From assembly GCA_964345215.1 (NCBI GenBank), contig CAYFQH010000003.1:4324-68323 (forward strand): a stretch of 64,000 nucleotides of DNA. Direction: 5' to 3'. A model generated the notes under the pieces. That model was not told where the DNA came from and did no database searches. It was given only the letters and a program-made list of their open reading frames with translations. The DNA is from an uncultured Oscillospiraceae bacterium. GTDB taxonomy: Bacteria; Bacillota; Clostridia; Christensenellales; Aristaeellaceae. How positions within the stretch are numbered: position 1 is the stretch's first letter; the number at the start of each line of letters is the position of its first letter. Below, one piece after another: positions 18,144-27,456 of the stretch. Position numbers and translations under genes: made by a program.

Positions 18144-19469
18144 ATGGGTCACTATATTCCAGTTAACGCCAATGAGCAGGCGGAAATGCTTAAAACCCTT
18201 GGCCTAAACGAGCCTATGGAGCTGTTTAAGGATATTCCGCAGGAGATGATTTTAGCCCCCGGGGCCTTAAACCTGCCTAAGGGCAAAAGCGAAATGGAAG
18301 TGAAAGCCTTTATGGGGAGCCTGGCCAGGCAAAACAAGGTTTTTCCCGTTGTGTTAAGGGGGGCGGGGGCTTATCGCCACTATATTCCCGCTATTGTGCC
18401 CTATATTACGGCCAAGGAAGAGTTTTTAACCTCCTACACCCCTTACCAGGCGGAAATCAGCCAGGGCATTCTACAATCTATTTTTGAATATCAAACCATG
18501 ATCTGCGAGTTAACGGGCATGGATGTGTCCAACGCCTCGGTCTATGATGGGGCTACCGCTGCCGCGGAAGGGGTAGCCATGTGCAAAGAACGCAAAAGGC
18601 AAAAAGTAGTTATTGCCGGCAGCGCCCACCCCGATACCATTGCCACCATTAAAACCTACTGCCATGGCTCTGATACCCCTTACCAGGTGCTTAAAGCCCA
18701 AGATGGCCTGGTAACGCCCCAGGAGTTGGCGCCCCTTTTAGATGAGCAGACCGCCTGTGTTTACTTACAGTACCCTAACTTTTATGGCAATTTTGAGCAA
18801 ACGGAAGAAATGATTGCCCTGGCTCACAAGGCCGGTGCCAAAGTGGTAATGGGCTGTAACCCTATGGCCCTGGCTCTTTATAAAACCCCCGGGGAGATGG
18901 GGGTGGATGTAGCCGTTGGTGAAGGACAGCCTTTAGGGCTCCCCCTATCCTACGGCGGGCCCTATATCGGCTTTATGGCCACTAAAGAGGCCATGACCCG
19001 TAAACTTCCCGGCCGCATCGTGGGCGAAACCACCGATGTAGATGGCAAACGAGCCTATGTTCTTACCCTGCAGGCCAGGGAACAGCATATCCGCCGGGAG
19101 AAGGCCAGCAGCAACATCTGTACCAACCAGGCTCTTTGCGCTATGACTACCAGCGTATACATGACCACCATGGGACCTCACGGCCTTAAAGAGGCGGCTA
19201 TGCAGTGTTTTCAAAAGGCCCATTACTTACAAAAACAGCTGGAGGAGGTTTGCGGCCTTAAACTTGTTAATGATCAAAAATTCTTCCACGAGTTTGCCAC
19301 CGATGGAGGCAACAAAGGGGATGAAATCCTGGCCGCTTTAGAAACCAAGGGTATTTTAGGGGGCTTCCCTGTTAGTTCCAACGCCCTTTTATGGTGCGTA
19401 ACCGAGGTTGTAACCAAAGAACAAATGGATGAAGCCATCACCATCATCAAGGAGGTGCTTGGGAAATGA
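18144..19469 (+). CDS. gcvPA: glycine dehydrogenase (decarboxylating) subunit 1
   Basis: Typical GcvPA sequence, translationally coupled to gcvPB (ATGA overlap). Confidence 0.95.
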   Translation: MGHYIPVNANEQAEMLKTLGLNEPMELFKDIPQEMILAPGALNLPKGKSEMEVKAFMGSLARQNKVFPVVLRGAGAYRHYIPAIVPYITAKEEFLTSYTPYQAEISQGILQSIFEYQTMICELTGMDVSNASVYDGATAAAEGVAMCKERKRQKVVIAGSAHPDTIATIKTYCHGSDTPYQVLKAQDGLVTPQELAPLLDEQTACVYLQYPNFYGNFEQTEEMIALAHKAGAKVVMGCNPMALALYKTPGEMGVDVAVGEGQPLGLPLSYGGPYIGFMATKEAMTRKLPGRIVGETTDVDGKRAYVLTLQAREQHIRREKASSNICTNQALCAMTTSVYMTTMGPHGLKEAAMQCFQKAHYLQKQLEEVCGLKLVNDQKFFHEFATDGGNKGDEILAALETKGILGGFPVSSNALLWCVTEVVTKEQMDEAITIIKEVLGK

Positions 19470-20887
19470 AATTAGTGTTTGAACGCAGTACTCCGGGCCA
19501 TCAAGTTACCATTTTGCCTGAATGTGATGTGTCTCAAATTGCCTTTGATGGGGATGAGCGGCAGGCCCCTTTACGCTTGCCTGAATTGGCCGAAACCGAA
19601 GTAAGCCGCCATTATACACAGCTCAATAAGCAAGTACATGGTGTAAACGACGGATTTTACCCCTTGGGCTCCTGTACCATGAAATACAACCCCAGAATTA
19701 ATGAACAAATCGCCTCCCTTGAAAGCTTTGCCGATATTCACCCCCTACAGCCTGAAAACACTGTTCTTGGCTGTAAAAAAGTAATGGAACTGGTGAAGGA
19801 GTACCTGTGTGAAATCAGCGGTATGGATGATTTAACCTTCCAGCCCTCCGCCGGTGCCCATGGGGAATTAACGGGCATTATGCTTATTAAAGCCTACCAT
19901 GAAGACCGTAAGGATTTTAAGCGCACCAAAATGTTGGTGCCCGATTCTGCCCACGGCACCAACCCCGCCACCGCCAGCATGGTGGGATACGATACGGTGC
20001 ATATTCCCTCTAACGCCGAGGGCTGTGTAGATATCGAAGTGCTTAAAAAATCCGTTGGGGAAGATACGGCAGGCCTTATGCTCACCAATCCCAATACCTT
20101 GGGCCTTTTTGAAAAAGATATTTTAGAAATCACCAAAATTGTTCACGATGCCGGAGGCTTGGTCTATTACGACGGGGCCAACTTAAACGCCGTAATGGGC
20201 ATTGCAAGGCCGGGGGATATGGGCTTTGATGTGGTACACTATAATGTGCATAAAACCCTATCTACACCTCACGGCGGCGGCGGCCCCGGCGGCGGTCCGG
20301 TAGGCTGTAAAGAATGCTTGGTACCTTTCCTGCCTGCTTCCGCCATTGGCGAAGAAGTAGGGCCAAAGAGCATCGGCCAGGTACGCAGTTTCTACGGTAA
20401 CTTTTTGGTGGCGGTCAGGGCCCTTACCTATGTCCTTACCCTGGGTAAGGAAGGCATTCCTCAGGCAGCTATGCAGGCGGTATTAAATGCTAATTATTTA
20501 ATGAACGGCATGAAGAAAAATTACCAGGTGGCCTACGATAAAACCTGTATGCATGAATTTGTATTAACCTTATCAGACATGAAGAAAAACTATGGCATCA
20601 CAGCCATCGACATTGCCAAGGGGCTGCTGGATTACGGCATGCACCCCCCAACCATGTACTTCCCCTTAATTGTGGATGAGGCTTTGATGCTGGAGCCTAC
20701 GGAAACCGAGAGCAAGGAAACCTTGGATGAGGCTATTAAAGTCTTTGATGAATTGGCCCGGCTTGCTAAAAACGACCCAGAAAAATTAAAGCAAGCCCCC
20801 TTAACCACCCCTGTACGAAGGCTGGATGAGGTAAAGGCCGCCAGGCACCCTATTTTAAAATACTCTTTTGAAACCAGCGAGGAATGA
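19466..20887 (+). CDS. gcvPB: glycine dehydrogenase (decarboxylating) subunit 2
   Basis: PLP-lysine region NVHKTLSTPHGGGGPG. Confidence 0.95.
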   Translation: MKLVFERSTPGHQVTILPECDVSQIAFDGDERQAPLRLPELAETEVSRHYTQLNKQVHGVNDGFYPLGSCTMKYNPRINEQIASLESFADIHPLQPENTVLGCKKVMELVKEYLCEISGMDDLTFQPSAGAHGELTGIMLIKAYHEDRKDFKRTKMLVPDSAHGTNPATASMVGYDTVHIPSNAEGCVDIEVLKKSVGEDTAGLMLTNPNTLGLFEKDILEITKIVHDAGGLVYYDGANLNAVMGIARPGDMGFDVVHYNVHKTLSTPHGGGGPGGGPVGCKECLVPFLPASAIGEEVGPKSIGQVRSFYGNFLVAVRALTYVLTLGKEGIPQAAMQAVLNANYLMNGMKKNYQVAYDKTCMHEFVLTLSDMKKNYGITAIDIAKGLLDYGMHPPTMYFPLIVDEALMLEPTETESKETLDEAIKVFDELARLAKNDPEKLKQAPLTTPVRRLDEVKAARHPILKYSFETSEE

Positions 20888-20888
20888 T

Positions 20889-21887
20889 ATGATTACAAAG
20901 GCAACGGTGGTATACGGATTAGGAACAAACCCCTATGTAAACTTAAGCTTGGAACACGAACTTTTAGAAACCTTGGGGGAGAGCGAAATCATTTTATACC
21001 TGTGGCAAAATGCCCATACAGTGGTTATTGGCCGCAATCAAAATGCCTATAAAGAGTGCCATATCCAAAACCTACAAAAAGACGGCGGGCATTTAGCCCG
21101 CCGTCTTTCCGGTGGAGGTGCGGTATACCACGACTTAGGCAATTTAAACTTTACTTTTATTATGCCCCAAGAAAATTATGACTTAACCAAGCAAACCCAG
21201 GTCATTGTGGAGGCTGTAAAAAGCTTTGGCCTTGAAGCCAAGCAAAGCGGCCGAAACGATATAACCGTAGACGATAAAAAATTCTCGGGCAACGCCTTTT
21301 ACCAAAGCCAGGGCAAGGCCTATCACCATGGTACCCTGCTCATCAATGTAGACACCGGCGCCATGGGTAAATATTTACAGGTGGATCAAAAAAAGATTGA
21401 ATCCAAGGGGGTGGATTCCGTTAAAAGCCGGGTGGTCAACTTACAGGCTTTGAGCGGAGCTGTTACCGTTGAGGCTATGTCTGAGGCCATGGTGAAGGCC
21501 TTTGAAAAGGTGTACAATTTGCCGGCAATGGAAAAAAAGCCCGATGGAAACAGTCTCAGCCTTCAGGTTAAAATTCAAAAATACGCCAGCAACCAGTGGC
21601 TTTTTGAAAACCCTTTCCCTTTTACCTGGCGGGATCATCAGCGTTTTACCTGGGGGGATTTGCTTTTGGAACTTCAAATCGAAAAGGAAAAAATAATGGA
21701 AGCCCGGGCTTATTCCGATGCCATGGAGGAAGCCCTTATCAGGCAAATACCGCCTTTATTGCAAAACACCCCTCTTCGGGGGGAGGCCATTAAAGAAAAA
21801 CTGCTGCCAATCAAAGAACAAAATCAGCAGATGTATCGTGATATTTTAACCATGGTTAAAGAAGAAAGCTTTTTTAAGGAGAAGTAG
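20889..21887 (+). CDS. lplA: lipoate-protein ligase
   Basis: RRLSGGGAVYHDLGN motif. Start at ATG 20889, directly after the gcvPB stop. Confidence 0.9.
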   Translation: MITKATVVYGLGTNPYVNLSLEHELLETLGESEIILYLWQNAHTVVIGRNQNAYKECHIQNLQKDGGHLARRLSGGGAVYHDLGNLNFTFIMPQENYDLTKQTQVIVEAVKSFGLEAKQSGRNDITVDDKKFSGNAFYQSQGKAYHHGTLLINVDTGAMGKYLQVDQKKIESKGVDSVKSRVVNLQALSGAVTVEAMSEAMVKAFEKVYNLPAMEKKPDGNSLSLQVKIQKYASNQWLFENPFPFTWRDHQRFTWGDLLLELQIEKEKIMEARAYSDAMEEALIRQIPPLLQNTPLRGEAIKEKLLPIKEQNQQMYRDILTMVKEESFFKEK

Positions 21888-21890
21888 CAA

Positions 21891-23282
21891 ATGATGTATC
21901 AGTGGATAATCATCGGCGCCGGCCCCGGGGGATACGAGGCGGCGATTCGTGCTGCCCAGCTGGGGCAAAAAGTACTGCTCATTGAAGAGAAACATATGGG
22001 AGGTACCTGTTTAAACCAGGGCTGTATCCCCACCAAAACCCTGCTGCACAGCGCCCAAAGCTATAAAGCCTTCAATGGGTTTGAGCAAATTGGCCTTCGG
22101 GTAGAAGGGGCCAGCTACGATTTGGCCAAAATATATGAGCGAAAAAATCAAGTGGTTGAAACCCTGCGAAATGGAGTGGAAAACCTGGTAAAGCAAAATA
22201 AAATTGATTTGGTTTTTGGCAAAGGCATTATCACAGGAGAAAAAGAGGTAACGGTGGATAACACCCCTTACACAGGGGCGCGGGTTATGATCGCCACCGG
22301 CTCGGTGCCTGCCCGTATTCCCATTCCCGGGGCGGATTCACCCTTGGTTATCACCAGCGATGAATTGTTGGCCGCCCCCTTTGAAAAAGAACACCTGCTG
22401 ATTATCGGTGGCGGGGTTATCGGGGTAGAGTTTGCCAGTGTCTATTCCGCCCTAGGCAAACAGGTTACCATTATTGAGGGAATGGGCCGTATTCTCCCTT
22501 CTCTGGATAAAGAAATTAGCCAAAATACCGCCATGGTTCTTAAAAGAAGCGGGGTTAAAATAATCACCGGGGCCATGGTAAAACAAATTGAAGAAGAGGC
22601 TGATGGGGTTCTTTGTACCTTTGAAGCAAAAGGAAAAGAAGATGCTGTTAAGGCCGATGAGGTGCTTTTATCCGTAGGCCGCTGGGGGAACACCCAAGGG
22701 CTTTTTGCAAATGGGGTTTCACCTCAAACGGAAAAGGGGTATATCCAGGTGGATGATTTGGGGCAAACTTCCCTGCCATGGCTATATGCCATTGGGGATG
22801 TAACCGGGGGTATTCAATTGGCCCACCGGGCCAGTGCCCAAGGTATTCACTGTGTTCAAATGGCCCTGGGGGAAGGAGACCCCGTTAATCAGCAGGCAGT
22901 GCCCGGCTGTGTGTACACCAAGCCCGAAATTGCCACCGTTGGCCTAACAGAAGAAGAGGCTCAAAATGAGGGTATTGAAACCTATGTCGGCAAGTATGTA
23001 ATGAGCGGCAACGGCCGTACGTTAATTGAAATGGGCGACCGGGGCTTTATTAAGCTGGTATTTGATAAAAATACCGATGCCCTGCTGGGAGCACACCTGA
23101 TGTGCGAACGGGCAACGGATATGATTAACGAACTGACCTATGCCGTGGGCCAGGGGCTCACCAGGGAAGAACTGCTTGCTCCTATGCGCCCGCACCCCAC
23201 TTTTAGTGAGGGAATTACTGAAGCCTTGGAGGCGGCGGTGGGCAGGTCCATTCATTCGGCACCGGCCCGCAAGGCCAGGTAG
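21891..23282 (+). CDS. lpdA: dihydrolipoyl dehydrogenase (L protein)
   Basis: GAGPGGY FAD site, redox disulfide GGTCLNQGCIPTK, C-terminal HPTFSE. Confidence 0.9.
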   Translation: MMYQWIIIGAGPGGYEAAIRAAQLGQKVLLIEEKHMGGTCLNQGCIPTKTLLHSAQSYKAFNGFEQIGLRVEGASYDLAKIYERKNQVVETLRNGVENLVKQNKIDLVFGKGIITGEKEVTVDNTPYTGARVMIATGSVPARIPIPGADSPLVITSDELLAAPFEKEHLLIIGGGVIGVEFASVYSALGKQVTIIEGMGRILPSLDKEISQNTAMVLKRSGVKIITGAMVKQIEEEADGVLCTFEAKGKEDAVKADEVLLSVGRWGNTQGLFANGVSPQTEKGYIQVDDLGQTSLPWLYAIGDVTGGIQLAHRASAQGIHCVQMALGEGDPVNQQAVPGCVYTKPEIATVGLTEEEAQNEGIETYVGKYVMSGNGRTLIEMGDRGFIKLVFDKNTDALLGAHLMCERATDMINELTYAVGQGLTREELLAPMRPHPTFSEGITEALEAAVGRSIHSAPARKAR

Positions 23283-23317
23283 CCGGGAGCATTTATATTG
23301 ATGTAAGGGGTTAAAGT

Positions 23318-24130
23318 ATGGAAAAATTATTACAAAGCCCGGTGCTAATGGCCTTAATCGGCACTGGGTTTACATTTTTAATGACCACTCTGGGGTCGGC
23401 CATGGTTTTCTTTTTCAAGGGGGACATGAACGATAAAGTTCAAAGGGTTTTTTTGGGTTTTGCTTCAGGGGTTATGATTGCAGCCTCGGTGTGGTCCCTG
23501 CTTATTCCTGCTATTGATATGGCTGGCGAAGGCAGCTGGGTAAAGGCAGCCTGGGTGCCTGCGGCGGGGGGCTTTTTGCTGGGGGCGGCCTTCTTGTTTT
23601 TGCTGGATATTGTCATGCCCCACCTTCATAGCGATGGCCACTTAGAAGGGCCCCGCTCGTCTTTAAAACGTACCACCCTGCTTATGTCGGCGGTGACCCT
23701 TCACAATATTCCAGAAGGCATGGCTGTTGGCCTGGCTTTTGCCATGGCAGCCCAAAGCGGAGGCGGCCTGGCGGCCTATTCCGGGGCTATTGCCCTGGCC
23801 CTAGGTATGGGCATTCAAAACTTCCCCGAAGGGGCGGCTATTTCACTCCCTTTGCGCCAGGAGGGGATGAGCCGGTTCAAGGCCTTTGTATACGGCAGCC
23901 TATCAGGCATTGTGGAGCCTGTTTTTGGGGTGCTGGCTGTGCTGGTTGCAGGCCAGGTAGCCCCTATTATGCCTTGGCTTTTGGCCTTTGCGGCAGGGGC
24001 CATGATCTATGTGGTGGTGGAGGAACTAATCCCTGCCGCCAACGGGGGAGAAGACCATAGCAATGCCGGTACCCTGGGGGTTATCGCCGGTTTTGTTATT
24101 ATGATGGTTTTGGATGTGGCCTTAGGGTAG
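23318..24130 (+). CDS. ZIP-family metal transporter (ZupT-like)
   Basis: HNIPEGMAVG and NFPEGAAIS signature repeats; polytopic. Confidence 0.9.
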   Translation: MEKLLQSPVLMALIGTGFTFLMTTLGSAMVFFFKGDMNDKVQRVFLGFASGVMIAASVWSLLIPAIDMAGEGSWVKAAWVPAAGGFLLGAAFLFLLDIVMPHLHSDGHLEGPRSSLKRTTLLMSAVTLHNIPEGMAVGLAFAMAAQSGGGLAAYSGAIALALGMGIQNFPEGAAISLPLRQEGMSRFKAFVYGSLSGIVEPVFGVLAVLVAGQVAPIMPWLLAFAAGAMIYVVVEELIPAANGGEDHSNAGTLGVIAGFVIMMVLDVALG

Positions 24131-24221
24131 GGGGTCGTTTCATCCCCTGATAATACAAATAAAAATGTTTTACTCATTTCATTTGGGGATGTTTGGGGAT
24201 GTTTGCCAAGGCGATACCCTT

Positions 24222-24260
24222 AAAAGCCTCTGTTTTTTATTAAAAACAGAGGCTTTTCTT
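24222..24260 (+). terminator. rho-independent terminator
   Basis: 16-bp perfect stem AAAAGCCTCTGTTTTT/AAAAACAGAGGCTTTT. Confidence 0.8.
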
Positions 24261-24286
24261 GCCGAAGGAGAAAAATGTGTTATAAT
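24259..24286 (+). promoter_or_regulatory. promoter candidate for the glycoside-utilisation block
   Basis: TTGCCG, 16 nt, TGtTATAAT (extended -10). It would give a ~210-nt leader. Confidence 0.4.
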
Positions 24287-24340
24287 TTGTGTACTTGATA
24301 AAGTCAGTTTATACAATATTTTATTTACTTTGTCATAAGG

Positions 24341-24355
24341 TGAACACGCTTACAA
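24341..24355. promoter_or_regulatory. cre-like (CcpA) site candidate
   Basis: Minus-strand TTGTAAGCGTGTTCA matches WTGNAANCGNWNNCW at all but one constrained position. Confidence 0.3.
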
Positions 24356-24501
24356 CTTATGTACTTGTAACGCTTTTTGACCAATGGCAGCCTGAATCTG
24401 TTGGAAAACCACTTATCAATAATAAGAATTTTAGGGGATCAAAACATCAACCATCAAAAATCTTTAAAGAGCAATAACCCTAATTATAAAGGAGAAAACC
24501 G

Positions 24502-25788
24502 ATGAACACTTTTTCCTTAAAAAGCAATATGCTCCTAGGGGCGGCCAGTGCAGCTACCCAAATCGAGGGAGGAAGCTTAAATCATTCATGGAATGATTGG
24601 GCGGACAAGGGGCATATAAAAGATGGCACCAGCCCCAGGCGGGCTAACAATCACTGGCACCTTTGGCGGGAAGATACCCGCCTTATGAAGGATATGGGGC
24701 TTCAAATTTGCCGGCTGGGCATTGAATGGGCCCGTATTCAGCCAAGGGAAGGGGTTTTTGACCAAGGGGTGATTGACCGCTATATTGAAGAAATAAAGCT
24801 TTTACATAGTTATAACATAAAGCCCCTGGTAACCCTTCACCATTTTACCAACCCTATGTGGTTTGAGAAAAAGGGAGCTTTTACCAAGGCGGAAAACATC
24901 CCCTTGTTTATCTCCTTTATTCAAAAAGTGGTCGCCGCCTTTGGCGGGTTGGTGAACGAGTACATCACCATTAATGAGCCCAACGTATACGCCACCAACG
25001 GCTACTTTTTCGGCCAATGGCCCCCGGGGCAAAAGTCTTTTTTTAAAGCGGTTAAGGTCATGTCGGTTATGGCATCGGCCCATATTAAGAGCTACGAGGC
25101 CATTCATACCCTGCGTAAAAACATGGGCTTTACAGATACCAAGGTTAGTTTTGCTAACCATGTTAGGGTTTTTGACCCCAAAAACCCTAAAAATCCCCTC
25201 CACTGCCTGGCAGCCGGGTTAACGGAGCGGTTTTTTCAGGGCAGTTTAACCAAAGCCATGTGCCTGGGGGAATTTTCCTTCCCCATTACCAATGTGGATG
25301 GCCACAGACCCTCAACCTACTGCGATTTTATTGCTATCAACTACTACACCCGTTCTACCGTGTCCAAACTGGGGGATGGGGTGAAGGCAGGAGTGCCTGT
25401 AAATGATTTAGGCTGGGAAATTTACCCCCAGGGCATGATACAATGCGCCCAGGCCCTGTATGATTTGTGCCCCTTGCCCATCTACATTACTGAAAACGGC
25501 ACCTGCGATAATACCGATACTTTTAGAAGCCGTTACCTCTTTGACCATTTACAGGCCCTTTGCCAAAGCAGCCTGCCTATTGAGCGCTACTACCACTGGT
25601 GCTTTTGTGATAATTTTGAATGGATAGAAGGGGAAACACCCCGCTTTGGCCTTGTGGCTATTGATTATGAAAGCCAAAGGCGCACCGTTAAAAAAAGCGG
25701 TGAATTTTTTAGCGCCCTTATTCAAAAAGGCGGAGTTACCCAAGAACTGTATGATGAATATGTAAAAGATGAGACCTACCATTATTAA
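24502..25788 (+). CDS. glycoside hydrolase family 1 (beta-glucosidase / phospho-beta-glycosidase type)
   Basis: Acid/base TINEPN and nucleophile YITENG motifs. Confidence 0.9.
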   Translation: MNTFSLKSNMLLGAASAATQIEGGSLNHSWNDWADKGHIKDGTSPRRANNHWHLWREDTRLMKDMGLQICRLGIEWARIQPREGVFDQGVIDRYIEEIKLLHSYNIKPLVTLHHFTNPMWFEKKGAFTKAENIPLFISFIQKVVAAFGGLVNEYITINEPNVYATNGYFFGQWPPGQKSFFKAVKVMSVMASAHIKSYEAIHTLRKNMGFTDTKVSFANHVRVFDPKNPKNPLHCLAAGLTERFFQGSLTKAMCLGEFSFPITNVDGHRPSTYCDFIAINYYTRSTVSKLGDGVKAGVPVNDLGWEIYPQGMIQCAQALYDLCPLPIYITENGTCDNTDTFRSRYLFDHLQALCQSSLPIERYYHWCFCDNFEWIEGETPRFGLVAIDYESQRRTVKKSGEFFSALIQKGGVTQELYDEYVKDETYHY

Positions 25789-25830
25789 TTAAATGGCCAA
25801 TATGGGCTTTATAGAAAAAAGGTGATGAAC

Positions 25831-27444
25831 ATGAAAAAATGGTGGCAGGAACGGGTGGTTTATCAAATTTACCCCCGCAGCTTTCAAGATTCAAACGGCG
25901 ATGGCATCGGCGATATTCCCGGTATTATTTCAAGGCTGGATGCGTTAAAGGATTTAGGCATTGGGGTAATCTGGCTGTCCCCGGTATACCAATCCCCTGG
26001 GGCGGATAACGGCTACGACATCAGCGATTATAAGGCCATTGACCCCATTTTTGGTACCATGGCTGACATGGACAGGCTTTTTATAGAGGCTGAAAAGCGT
26101 GATATTAAAATTATCATGGACTTGGTCATCAACCACACCTCCGATGAGCATGAGTGGTTTAAACAAAGCCGGGATAAAAACAGCCCCTACCGGGATTACT
26201 ATATTTGGCGCCCCGGCCGGGAAGGAGGGAAACCGCCCAACAACTGGACAGGCTTTTTTGCCGGGGAAACCTGGGAATACGATGAACAGAGCGGGGAGTA
26301 TTACCTTCACCTTTTCGATAAAAAACAGCCTGATTTAAACTACCATAACCCCAAAGTTATTGAGGAAGTGAAGGATATTCTTCGCTTTTGGCTTGATAAG
26401 GGGGCGGCGGGCTTTCGCTGCGATGTAATTAACATCATCTACAAAACCACTTTAGATGACGGCAAGCGAAGCTTTATTGTACAAGGGCTGGAACACTATA
26501 AATCCCAGGAGGGAAACCACCGTATCCTAAAGGCGTTACGCAGCGAAGTGCTGGATCAGTACGATTGCTTTACTGTTGGGGAAACAGTGATGGTGGATTT
26601 GGAGGAAGCCAAGCTTTTATGCGAGCCTGAGCATAAAGAGCTGGATATGGTTTTTTACTTTGACCACCTGGAAGTAGACAGGCGGGTGGCCCGGTATATC
26701 CCCAAAAAATTCAAGGCCAAAAAACTGTTGGAAGTGGTTACGAAATGGCAGCAAGGCCTTACCTGGAACGCCTTTTATTGGGAAAATCATGATCAGCCCC
26801 GCATTGTATCCCACTATGGGGATGAAGGGCAGTATTGGGAGCAGAGCGCCAAGCTTTTGGCTACCATGCAATTTACCATGGGGGGCACCTTGTTTATGTA
26901 CCAAGGGCAGGAAATTGCCATGACCAACTTTGATTTTACCAGCCTAGCCCAGGTAGATGATGTAGAAAGCCATAACATTAACGCTTTTGCCAAAAGGCTG
27001 GGCCTGCCTAAAAGGCTCAGGTGGAAATGGCTTAAAATCTCCTCCCGGGATAACGGGCGCACCCCCATGCAGTGGAACAGCGGCCCAGGGGCAGGCTTTA
27101 CCACCGGCACCCCTTGGCTGGGTATTAACCAAAACCATAAAACCATTAATTACCAAGAACAGAAGGACCGGGCCAGCTCGGTGCTTAACTACTATAAAAA
27201 GCTCATTGCCCTGCGTAAAAATACCCCGGCACTTATTTACGGCACCTTTATTCCCCTGTTTGCCAAGGGTTCCGTTATTGCCTATAGCCGTAAGTGGGAA
27301 GAGGAAGAGTACGTTGTTCTGCTAAATTTTTCATCAAAACCGGCCAAGGCGGAATTTGCAGGGGCTGTGTATATTGGCAACACAGGCGCTAAGTACTTTA
27401 GCGGCAGCCTTGGGCCCTGGGAGGCCGTGGTTTTAAAACGATAA
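25831..27444 (+). CDS. glycoside hydrolase family 13 alpha-glucosidase (oligo-1,6-glucosidase-like)
   Basis: YQIYPRSF, DLVINHTS, GFRCDVIN and ENHDQPR conserved regions. Start at ATG 25831. Confidence 0.9.
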   Translation: MKKWWQERVVYQIYPRSFQDSNGDGIGDIPGIISRLDALKDLGIGVIWLSPVYQSPGADNGYDISDYKAIDPIFGTMADMDRLFIEAEKRDIKIIMDLVINHTSDEHEWFKQSRDKNSPYRDYYIWRPGREGGKPPNNWTGFFAGETWEYDEQSGEYYLHLFDKKQPDLNYHNPKVIEEVKDILRFWLDKGAAGFRCDVINIIYKTTLDDGKRSFIVQGLEHYKSQEGNHRILKALRSEVLDQYDCFTVGETVMVDLEEAKLLCEPEHKELDMVFYFDHLEVDRRVARYIPKKFKAKKLLEVVTKWQQGLTWNAFYWENHDQPRIVSHYGDEGQYWEQSAKLLATMQFTMGGTLFMYQGQEIAMTNFDFTSLAQVDDVESHNINAFAKRLGLPKRLRWKWLKISSRDNGRTPMQWNSGPGAGFTTGTPWLGINQNHKTINYQEQKDRASSVLNYYKKLIALRKNTPALIYGTFIPLFAKGSVIAYSRKWEEEEYVVLLNFSSKPAKAEFAGAVYIGNTGAKYFSGSLGPWEAVVLKR

Positions 27445-27456
27445 GGAGGGGATAAG

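Noticed and set aside
24182-24205. Tandem duplication GTTTGGGGAT GTTTGGGGAT after the ZIP gene.
   Set aside because: There are only two copies in a non-coding spacer just before a strong terminator. It is most likely slippage with no evident function.
24289-24477. 62-aa ORF upstream of the GH1 gene, and a 7-codon mini-ORF (ATGTGTTATAATTTGTGTACTTGA) behind AAGGAG at 24275.
   Set aside because: The 62-aa ORF has no RBS and AT-rich, low-complexity coding with no recognisable family. The mini-ORF coincides with a much more plausible extended -10 element (TGTTATAAT).
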